Positions 16,433 through 24,116 of a stretch of 33,248 bases of DNA are shown here, piece by piece. The translations under genes and the position numbers were made by a program. The stretch covers positions 1-33,248 of the forward strand of contig CAYJNB010000001.1 in NCBI GenBank assembly GCA_964371205.1, given 5' to 3'. The stretch comes from an uncultured Treponemataceae bacterium. GTDB lineage: Bacteria; Spirochaetota; Spirochaetia; Treponematales; Treponemataceae. The notes under the pieces are model-generated. The model did no database searches, was not told the origin of the DNA, and worked only from the letters and a program-made list of their open reading frames with translations. Positions within the stretch are counted from its first letter, which is position 1; every line of letters begins with the position of its first letter.

Positions 16433-17068
16433 ATGATGTTTATGTTTGAATTGCGCATGTGCACACACAAGGGGTGTTTTAAACAAGCAATAAGTACGGT
16501 AATAGATGGTAAGCTCGAAAAGGCTGCGTACTGCTTAGAACATTCACCTAACCCTGTAGAGGCAGAAGCATTATTACACGATTATATTGATTCTCATGAA
16601 CGAATTGTAGGTCTGAATGCAAGTGGACTCACTTTTGAAAATGTTGATTTTACCGATAAAAAATTCTATGGATGTACATTTCAGTACTGCAACTTTCTTG
16701 GGCTGCATTCAGAAAGGTTTAGAATGCGTATTTCTGTTTTAGATTTTTCTATTTTTAGCAATACAAATCTAATTAGTTCAAATTTCCAGTATGTTTCATT
16801 TGCAGGAAGTACTTTCTCTCAAGTTTTATTTACAGGTTCAGATTTAGTACACAATAATTTTAATGGGGTGCTTTCTTTACAATCTTCATTTGACGATTCA
16901 GATCTTTACAACTCTCGTTTTATTCGCGCAAAACTCGTAAATACATCTATTAGAAACTGTAATATTAAAAAGACTATCTTTTATGATATAGAACAAGAAA
17001 ACGTGTCTTTTAAGTTATCTAATACACGTGAAGCTTTTTTTGAGCGACTTTCGGAGGATGACATATGA
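16433..17068 (+). CDS. Pentapeptide-repeat protein with N-terminal Cys/His-rich segment
   Basis: Repeated A(D/N)LxX-type pentapeptides, e.g. NASGLTFENVDFTDKKFYGCTFQYCNF and SFAGSTFSQVLFTGSDLVHNNFNG. The N-terminus reads CTHKGC...YCLEH. The start is uncertain (TTG 16406, ATG 16433, or the later ATG before CTHKGC) and no clear SD is present. Confidence 0.7.
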   Translation: MMFMFELRMCTHKGCFKQAISTVIDGKLEKAAYCLEHSPNPVEAEALLHDYIDSHERIVGLNASGLTFENVDFTDKKFYGCTFQYCNFLGLHSERFRMRISVLDFSIFSNTNLISSNFQYVSFAGSTFSQVLFTGSDLVHNNFNGVLSLQSSFDDSDLYNSRFIRAKLVNTSIRNCNIKKTIFYDIEQENVSFKLSNTREAFFERLSEDDI

Positions 17069-17646
17069 AAGTATATTTTCATTTATCTCTCGATGGTTTT
17101 TCAAATTGTTACGTTGTTACTAATGAAAAAACAAAGCAAGCTATAATTATCGATCCTGGAAAAATGTCTCCAGAAATTTTAATGAATATAGAAAGAGATG
17201 AATATACACTTTCTGCAGCCTTGTTAACTCATAATCATAAGAGCCACTACACAGGCTTACGAACACTACAGAAAATATATAGTCCTGAAGTATATGCAGC
17301 TGACTACGAAATTGTTGGTGCCTATACACAATTGCTTAAGGGGGACGGAATGCTCAATGTAGCAGGGCTTAATGTTGCTTTTATGTCGGTACCTGGGCAC
17401 ACTTCAGATTCAATGGTTTATAGAATAGGTAGTCTCTTGTTTACGGGCGACTCATTAACAGCCGGAATACTCGGAAAAACAAGTAATTCTTATGCCGAAA
17501 AAATATTAAGAACAAATATTTTAACAAAGGTTTTGTCTCAAAACGACAGCCTTACAATTATGCCTGGGCATGGACCGCCATCAAGTGTTGAAGCAGAAAA
17601 AAAATATAACCTAATGAACGACGATTTTATTTTTTCTGATCGTTAA
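17065..17646 (+). CDS. MBL-fold hydrolase (glyoxalase II-like) with atypical metal motif
   Basis: 193 aa. Motifs: IIDPG, THNHKSH (instead of HxHxDH), VPGHTSDS, FTGDSL, MPGHGP. Its ATG overlaps the upstream stop codon (ATGA at 17065-17068). Confidence 0.8.
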   Translation: MKVYFHLSLDGFSNCYVVTNEKTKQAIIIDPGKMSPEILMNIERDEYTLSAALLTHNHKSHYTGLRTLQKIYSPEVYAADYEIVGAYTQLLKGDGMLNVAGLNVAFMSVPGHTSDSMVYRIGSLLFTGDSLTAGILGKTSNSYAEKILRTNILTKVLSQNDSLTIMPGHGPPSSVEAEKKYNLMNDDFIFSDR

Positions 17647-17671
17647 TTTTTTTAAGGTATCTTTAAATCTA

Positions 17672-18202
17672 ATGGACGCAAAAAGTAGTTTTCTAAAATG
17701 TATATGTATTATTCCTCACAGAAACACTAGTAGCTTATTAGAGTTTGAGCGAAAGACCTTTTGTAATTATGATTTTTCTGTTAGGTTTCCTCTTGTAATT
17801 CCTCTGCAGTTTTTCTATCAAAATGCTGTGCTTACTGATGCTTTTGATGCTTGGTACGATGTATTACATTCTGCTCATGCACTAGAGTTAGAAGAAATTC
17901 ACTTAGAAAAAAATAAGCTGTATAGGAATTTTGACGTAACTACAGGAAACGTAGCGTCCTCTGAGGATAACTTTATACTTGCAAACAGCGAAGAATTCGA
18001 GTGTGCAAAAAATCTTAGACAAAACGCAATATATTATGGAAAATTGGATAGTAATAAAGTTGCTTTATTAGATTCAAAGCCCATACATTTGCGCGTTTTT
18101 AGACTTGTAGAACTATCTCTTTTCTTTACCCAATCAACCTCACAGAACACACAAGTTGTATGGAGTGTTGAAAGAGAAAAATGGGTAAAAAAAAGTCAGT
18201 AA
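17672..18202 (+). CDS. Hypothetical protein
   Basis: 176-aa ORF on the same strand, 25 nt after the MBL gene. I recognise no motif. Confidence 0.5.
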   Translation: MDAKSSFLKCICIIPHRNTSSLLEFERKTFCNYDFSVRFPLVIPLQFFYQNAVLTDAFDAWYDVLHSAHALELEEIHLEKNKLYRNFDVTTGNVASSEDNFILANSEEFECAKNLRQNAIYYGKLDSNKVALLDSKPIHLRVFRLVELSLFFTQSTSQNTQVVWSVEREKWVKKSQ

Positions 18203-18208
18203 TCTATT

Positions 18209-18616
18209 TTACTCTAATCCCTTAGATAGTTGCTCTAATGTTACAGAGTCTATGCGTGTTGCTATTGCCTTATTAATATTTTCAAAAACACTTTTACGCA
18301 CTACATTGCGATATGAACTTTCTTTTTCACCCTGTTTTAAAGGCTCAATTACTTCCATACCACCTTCGAGTACTCGAAGTACTTCTCCAATATTAATGTT
18401 TTCTGGATCTTGTTTAAGCGCATAACCTCCTGCAACTCCCTTTAAAGAATTGAGAATGCCTTGGCGTTTTAAGATAATTGCTACATATTCTAGATAGCGA
18501 ACAGAAATGCCTTGTCTTTCAGAAACTGTTCCGAGAGGAACGTATCTTAGATGTCGATTTTCTTTTAGGTCTACTAATAGTTGTAGGCCATATTTACCGC
18601 GTGTCGAAACTTTCAT
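18209..18616 (-). CDS. Rrf2-family transcriptional regulator (no Cys ligands)
   Basis: 135 aa. MKVSTRGKYGLQLLVDL...GISVRYLEYVAIILKRQGILNSLKGVAGGYAL is a typical Rrf2 wHTH. The protein contains no cysteine. Confidence 0.85.
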   Translation of the reverse strand: MKVSTRGKYGLQLLVDLKENRHLRYVPLGTVSERQGISVRYLEYVAIILKRQGILNSLKGVAGGYALKQDPENINIGEVLRVLEGGMEVIEPLKQGEKESSYRNVVRKSVFENINKAIATRIDSVTLEQLSKGLE

Positions 18617-19014
18617 GCAACCCCCTTTCCATACTCATCAACTAGATGTTGTAAGGTTATAAAGCTTACGCATGAATGCATTGTGCTGTATATGTCTTCC
18701 CATAACGTTTTTACCGGATCTTGTTCTTCAAATGTTTCATCTGATTTGAACTCAATATCTCGTTCAACTGCTTCAAAAACTTCTGCAACAGTTACTTCGG
18801 TACTACGTTTAGCAAGTTTATACCCACCTTGTACGCCTCGTACACTTTCGATAATTCCTACTTTTTTAAGAGGAATAAACAATTGTTCTAGGTACCCTGT
18901 TGTTATGCCTGTTTCTTCGGCAATTTGGCGGGTACTTACCAAGTTTCCTTCACCTTGTAGAGCAATAACTAATAATGCTTCTAGTGAATAACTAGCTCGT
19001 GTTGAAATACGCAA
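18613..19014 (-). CDS. Rrf2-family transcriptional regulator (lacks 3-Cys cluster motif)
   Basis: 133 aa. MRISTRASYSLEALLVIA...GITTGYLEQLFIPLKKVGIIESVRGVQGGYKL. TTG start with AGGAG 7 nt upstream. It has a single Cys. Its stop overlaps the start of the next Rrf2 gene (ATGA). Confidence 0.85.
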   Translation of the reverse strand: MRISTRASYSLEALLVIALQGEGNLVSTRQIAEETGITTGYLEQLFIPLKKVGIIESVRGVQGGYKLAKRSTEVTVAEVFEAVERDIEFKSDETFEEQDPVKTLWEDIYSTMHSCVSFITLQHLVDEYGKGVA

Positions 19015-19162
19015 GAGTGTGCTCCTATGTTGTATTTACGATAATGATGTTGCTAATAACAACCCTAAGCCATACTTCTAGTATTAGTATAACATTAAAT
19101 CTACAGAAAAGCACTATTATTTTAAAAAAAAGTTAAAAAAATATTTATATCGTTTTTATACT

Positions 19163-20128
19163 TTAAATATTGCCATATTCATAACGTATTCCAAAAAAAG
19201 TAACGTAAACACGGCAAAATGAATTTTTATCTCTAAAGTCGTCTAAGTTTACATAAGGAACTTCTTTTGCAATATGAATATGTCTTTTGTGACTGTGTCC
19301 GGTAAAGACTGCATCTACTTTATTATGAAAGAGGTTAAAGATGTGATTTCTTTCCCAGAGTGCTGCAAATTGTTGTAATACAGAAAATCGAGGTATAAAA
19401 AAATTACAGTGACTAAATACAAATACGTGTTCACGTGTTTGCTTGAGCTGTTGTTCTATCCACAGCATTTGCTGTTGCCCAAGGCGGCCATTTGCAGAGT
19501 CTAGTATTAATAGGGTTGTATTGCCTGAATCTATTCGATAGATTGTTTCTCCAAACAACTCCTGCCACAAAGGCCAAGCATGAAAGTAAATATCATGATT
19601 CCCAATAACAGGGTAGACTGGAATTGGAACTGTATCTAGAACATGTAACAATAAGTTCATTTGTTCACGTGTTCCAGAGTTAGTTAAATCCCCATTTATT
19701 ATCAAAAATTCGTCCGAAGGTTTAACTATATTTTTTATATTTTCTATACCGCGAGCATTATCTTCTTTTAAATGTAAATCTGTTATTATAAGAAAGCTGT
19801 ATTCTTCTGCAAATACACTGTGTGCCTTTTCTGGCTTTGCAATATTTTTTAAAGCTTTGTAGTTAATCGGAAGGCGGGTGTTTTGTTCAGGGGTGCGAGC
19901 CGTAAAATCGGATGTCAAAAAAAGGAAACGCCCATCCTGTTTCTTTTTTTGCGTTGCAAGGCGGCGAAAACCTAGAAAAAAGCGTTTCTCGTATATTCTT
20001 TTTAACCAACTAGCTTTTTCTAGATTTTCGGATAGTATTTTGCCATGCTTTGGCACGAATAAGGCATGGTCTAATGAAAAAACGTGATTCTTCCATTTTT
20101 TACTCTGCTTATCGTGCTTTTTTTTCAT
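19163..20128 (-). CDS. Calcineurin-like metallophosphoesterase
   Basis: 321 aa. Motifs in canonical order: ITDLHL, NGDLTNSG, GNHD, GHSH. It has a basic N-terminal extension of about 100 aa. Confidence 0.8.
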   Translation of the reverse strand: MKKKHDKQSKKWKNHVFSLDHALFVPKHGKILSENLEKASWLKRIYEKRFFLGFRRLATQKKKQDGRFLFLTSDFTARTPEQNTRLPINYKALKNIAKPEKAHSVFAEEYSFLIITDLHLKEDNARGIENIKNIVKPSDEFLIINGDLTNSGTREQMNLLLHVLDTVPIPVYPVIGNHDIYFHAWPLWQELFGETIYRIDSGNTTLLILDSANGRLGQQQMLWIEQQLKQTREHVFVFSHCNFFIPRFSVLQQFAALWERNHIFNLFHNKVDAVFTGHSHKRHIHIAKEVPYVNLDDFRDKNSFCRVYVTFFGIRYEYGNI

Positions 20129-20131
20129 AGG

Positions 20132-21406
20132 CTATTCTTTTGCATTAAACTGCTTCAAATCTTCAAAATTTAAGGTAGCAAAATAATCATCAATTGATTC
20201 TGCCCTTCTAATTTGCTTGATACTTCCGTCTGATCTGAGTAAAAGTTCTCCGCAACGTAGTTTTGCATTATAGTTAAAGCCCATTGCTCTACCGTGTGCT
20301 CCTGCATCATGAATCATAAGCAAGTCGCCAATAGCAACTTCTGGCATTTTTCTTTGAACAGCAAATTTATCACAGTTCTCGCAGAGAGAGCCAACAATGT
20401 CGTAGGTATGCGTGCATTCTGCCTCTTCTTTTCCGGCAACGCTTATAGCGTGATAAGCGCCATACATACCTGGGCGCATTAAGTCTGCCATAGAAGCGTC
20501 AACTCCAATATAGTCGCGGTAAATATTCTTTTTGTGTAAGGCACGAGTAACCAAGTGCCCGTATGGACCAGTTATTACACGTGCGCATTCCATAAAGAAT
20601 TTGAGCGGTGCTAAACCAGCAGGTACGATTAATTCTTCGTAAGCTTTTTTTACGCCTTGAGCAATGTAGTCATAATCAACCGCTTTTTGATCAGGTCGAT
20701 AAGGAATACCTATTCCACCTCCCATATTAATAAACTCTATGCGTATTCCAAGCTTTTGATGTAATTCAACACAAAGTTCATATAAAATACGAGCTGTTTC
20801 TATAAAATAGTCATTTTGCAATTCGTTAGAAGCAACCATGGTGTGGAGACCAAAACGCTTTACGCCCATTTTTTGTGCTTTTTCGTATGCTTCAAAGATT
20901 TGCTCTCTGGTTAATCCATATTTTGCTTCTTCAGGTTTACCAATAATAGCATTTCCTTCTTTGAGGGGCCCTGGATTATAGCGAAAACACAGAAGTTCTG
21001 GCATGCTACCAAGTGCTTTGTGTAAGTAGTCAATATGTGTAATATCGTCTAGATTAATAATTGCACCTTTAAGGTTTGCATAAATATATTCTTTTGCAGG
21101 AGTCTCATTACTAGTGAACATAATCATTTCGCCTTCAACACCGGCTCGTTCACTCAATACTACTTCTGGCAAACTAGAACAGTCTGTTCCAAAGCCTTCG
21201 TCTGCAAGTATTTTTAGAATAAATGGATTAGGAAGCCCTTTTACCGCAAAATACTCACGGAATCCTTCACAAATGGAAAAAGCTTTTTTTAATTTCTTTG
21301 CATTGTCGCGTATTGCTTTTTCGTCATACAAATAAAACGGTGTAGGGTAGTCTTTTGTTACTGCCTCTAATTGTTCTTTATTAAGTGGAAAATCTCTTTC
21401 TTTCAT
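20132..21406 (-). CDS. lysA: Diaminopimelate decarboxylase-like PLP-dependent decarboxylase (Orn/DAP/Arg decarboxylase family 2)
   Basis: 424 aa. Motifs: PTPFYLYDE, FAVKGLPN (PLP Lys), NMGGGIGIPY, VGSLCENCDKFA. The lysA call versus a related decarboxylase is unverified. Confidence 0.65.
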   Translation of the reverse strand: MKERDFPLNKEQLEAVTKDYPTPFYLYDEKAIRDNAKKLKKAFSICEGFREYFAVKGLPNPFILKILADEGFGTDCSSLPEVVLSERAGVEGEMIMFTSNETPAKEYIYANLKGAIINLDDITHIDYLHKALGSMPELLCFRYNPGPLKEGNAIIGKPEEAKYGLTREQIFEAYEKAQKMGVKRFGLHTMVASNELQNDYFIETARILYELCVELHQKLGIRIEFINMGGGIGIPYRPDQKAVDYDYIAQGVKKAYEELIVPAGLAPLKFFMECARVITGPYGHLVTRALHKKNIYRDYIGVDASMADLMRPGMYGAYHAISVAGKEEAECTHTYDIVGSLCENCDKFAVQRKMPEVAIGDLLMIHDAGAHGRAMGFNYNAKLRCGELLLRSDGSIKQIRRAESIDDYFATLNFEDLKQFNAKE

Positions 21407-21504
21407 ATAGTGAATTTAACACATATAAAAAAAAAGGACAAGTGATGAAAATATACAAACTGTTTATATTCAATTAAGTCAATAATTTGCAAAAATATTT
21501 TTAG

Positions 21505-21533
21505 TTTACAAAAATAACAAATCAGTGTATAAT
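21505..21533 (+). promoter_or_regulatory. Near-consensus promoter directly abutting the ATG at 21540
   Basis: -35 TTTACA (21505-21510), a 17-nt spacer, -10 TATAAT (21528-21533). The A of the ATG at 21540 is the 7th nt after the -10. Confidence 0.6.
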
Positions 21534-21539
21534 GTCATT

Positions 21540-22709
21540 ATGCCACGTGGAGAAAAGAAACCCGTTTTAGCTATGCCTCATAAAATGATTTTGACAGCTG
21601 ACGGTTCTGCATATTTTTTGCAACAAAATAAAAAATTAGAAAAAATTCGCACAGCAGAGAATACTGCAGAGTATGGCCTCTTTTTAAATGCTATTACATT
21701 TCCTTCTTTGCAACGAATGATTTTATGTGACTATGTTTCTCGTTTAGAAACTTCTATGGCAGAGTTTAAGGCTTTTAGAAAAGAGTTAATAGACATGTCA
21801 AAATTAATTGTTTATTCAGTTTTATATAAGCAGTTTAATATAGAAGTTAAGAATCAGATATATGAAACAGATTTTATTAAGCAACATAACCGCCAAAATC
21901 CACAACAATCTTTTGATTCAAAAATGCAGGTAAATGAGCTTGCACTAAAAGATATCCTCGAAAAGAAAAAGGATATGGTATTAGAGATTCGTACTCGAAT
22001 ATTAAACATTATTGATCATAAGATTTCTCAAAAACAAGATACTAGTGTAAATGAAAAACAAATGCTCGGCTTTGTTGCTGAAAAATTTATTGATAACCTA
22101 GACTTTATGTTTTGGTTTATGATTGTGCGATTTTATGACACAGCAGCTCTTCGTACATTTATAGATATAGTTATAAATTTACTGGACTGTTATTTGGATA
22201 GAACCAATTTAGCTGAGTATGTTTCTTTAATGATTTTAGAGCTAGCTCGCTATTGCGAAAATAGTAACTTACGTCGAATTGCGTATCATTTTTATGGCGA
22301 TAAAATGGATATTAATAAAATTATTTTTGATCCTGTTATGCGTACAAAATTAAATGAAGAGCTTCTAAACCGCAAGGAGTTTGTTCACGTTGCATGGAAA
22401 ATTACACCTATAACTACTCAAAATTCTCCAGAGCAAACAAAATTACTTGTTACGCTATATAATCGCGATAGCAACTTTAAGCGTACTCGAGATATATTTA
22501 ATAGTATGCGTAATTTTGACATGGGTAATCGATCTCTTATAGATTTGCATAACGAAGTTATGGGTAGCGATAAAACAATGAATTTAGGGATTTACTACCT
22601 TTCGTATCTGAACGAAAACTGTCAAAAATACGGAATAAAATTTGAAACTACTGTGGGTATGTCGGGTTCAACTGAATTAACACTCATTAATCTAGGATTC
22701 ACATTTTAA
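21540..22709 (+). CDS. Hypothetical protein (about 389 aa)
   Basis: The track ORF 21525..22709 starts at a GTG that lies inside the -10 region. I therefore prefer ATG 21540 (MPRGEKKP). No domain recognised. Confidence 0.55.
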   Translation: MPRGEKKPVLAMPHKMILTADGSAYFLQQNKKLEKIRTAENTAEYGLFLNAITFPSLQRMILCDYVSRLETSMAEFKAFRKELIDMSKLIVYSVLYKQFNIEVKNQIYETDFIKQHNRQNPQQSFDSKMQVNELALKDILEKKKDMVLEIRTRILNIIDHKISQKQDTSVNEKQMLGFVAEKFIDNLDFMFWFMIVRFYDTAALRTFIDIVINLLDCYLDRTNLAEYVSLMILELARYCENSNLRRIAYHFYGDKMDINKIIFDPVMRTKLNEELLNRKEFVHVAWKITPITTQNSPEQTKLLVTLYNRDSNFKRTRDIFNSMRNFDMGNRSLIDLHNEVMGSDKTMNLGIYYLSYLNENCQKYGIKFETTVGMSGSTELTLINLGFTF

Positions 22710-22713
22710 TACT

Positions 22714-23361
22714 ATGCATAAAATGAAATTAAAGGTATATGCACTTTTTCTTTTTTTTACTATACATTTTTTAATCTCTTGCTCAAATGAAGTCCCTCTT
22801 ATTATTTCTCAAAACGTATTTTTAGTTTTTGATTTTTCAGACAAAACTGAAGTAGTGCAGCGTTTGTCCGTTTATGTGCAAGACAACGATGTTGAGCGTA
22901 TAAAGGAGCTAAGAATTGACTATACGCCAGAAAATCTGTCTTGGATAGCAATGGACCCAGTTCGCAGAAGTATTTCAAGTGGCGAGTGGGTTGGCTCTTC
23001 TCAGTTTGTAATGCAAGGGTCTCGTTCGTTTCCAGTTGGAGAATATAGTGTGCAAATAACTAATTTTACAGGAAATAGTACAGCAGGCTCTTTTATCTTA
23101 GACTACCCTCTGTCTCTTATAAACGAAAACCAGATTCTTAATCTTACATCCATCGAAGAAAAATACTCTGATTTAGATCATTTTTATAGTATTTTGCGCA
23201 CCAGCAATGGCGAAATACGATATTTTTTACCAGGTAAGATTACAAATCAAGAAATTGATTCTGCACGTCAAGAAGATTCAGACATAAGCTCTGTACAATA
23301 CTATATAGAATCGTCTAAAATGTCTTATGCAGTTCTGCTACCTCCTGAACCATTGCCATAA
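22714..23361 (+). CDS. Putative lipoprotein
   Basis: 215 aa. Signal peptide ending in the lipobox LISC (FLFFTIHFLISCSNE). It starts 4 nt after the preceding gene. Confidence 0.65.
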   Translation: MHKMKLKVYALFLFFTIHFLISCSNEVPLIISQNVFLVFDFSDKTEVVQRLSVYVQDNDVERIKELRIDYTPENLSWIAMDPVRRSISSGEWVGSSQFVMQGSRSFPVGEYSVQITNFTGNSTAGSFILDYPLSLINENQILNLTSIEEKYSDLDHFYSILRTSNGEIRYFLPGKITNQEIDSARQEDSDISSVQYYIESSKMSYAVLLPPEPLP

Positions 23362-23406
23362 TACTGCAATATTAGACAAAACGAAAAATAAGGAATTTTA
23401 GAAGAT

Positions 23407-24114
23407 ATGAATGAAGAGCCTAAAATAAATGATTCAGTAAAAACTGACAAAGAGAGAACTATTCGTACCTTTGTTCGCAGAGCAGGAAGAATAACTGACG
23501 CTCAAGAGCGCGACTATGAGCGACTCTCTCAGTTATTTTGTCTTCCATTTGAAAAAACAGAAAGTAACTTCGAATCTGTATTTAAGAATCCAAATCCAGT
23601 AACAATAGAAATCGGATTTGGTATGGGTAAGGCTACGGCTATAATTGCACAAGAGAATCCTCAAAAAAACTACCTCGGGCTTGAGGTGCATACACCAGGA
23701 GTAGGGCGACTTTTGCGAGCTATAGAAACACAGAATTTGCAAAATCTACGGATTATTGAGTTTGATGCAGTTGAAGTACTTACTAATATGATACCTGATT
23801 CTTCGATAGCAGCTTTTCATATCTTTTTTCCAGACCCGTGGCCGAAGAAAAAACATCATAAACGTCGCCTTGTGCAACGTCCTTTAACGAACTTATTAGC
23901 AAAAAAACTAGTGTCTGGCGGTTACTTGTACATGGCAACAGACTGGCAACCATACGCAGAATTTGCTTTGGAAGAACTCACTGCAACAAAAAATCTAGTA
24001 AATGCATATGATGGATTTGCTCCTCATCAAGCATGGAGACCTGAAACAAGGTTTGAAGAAAAAGGCAAAGATGCAAAAAGAGCAATTCACGAATTATACT
24101 TTAGGAAAATATAA
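23407..24114 (+). CDS. trmB: tRNA (guanine46-N7)-methyltransferase
   Basis: 235 aa. Motifs: IEIGFGMGKAT (SAM binding) and FFPDPWPKKKHHKRR, the TrmB signature. Confidence 0.88.
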   Translation: MNEEPKINDSVKTDKERTIRTFVRRAGRITDAQERDYERLSQLFCLPFEKTESNFESVFKNPNPVTIEIGFGMGKATAIIAQENPQKNYLGLEVHTPGVGRLLRAIETQNLQNLRIIEFDAVEVLTNMIPDSSIAAFHIFFPDPWPKKKHHKRRLVQRPLTNLLAKKLVSGGYLYMATDWQPYAEFALEELTATKNLVNAYDGFAPHQAWRPETRFEEKGKDAKRAIHELYFRKI

Positions 24115-24116
24115 TT

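Noticed and set aside
21407-21524. A possible lysine riboswitch upstream of lysA.
   Set aside because: The intergenic region is only 118 bp, is filled by two divergent promoters, and is almost pure A/T. It is too short and unstructured for an L-box.
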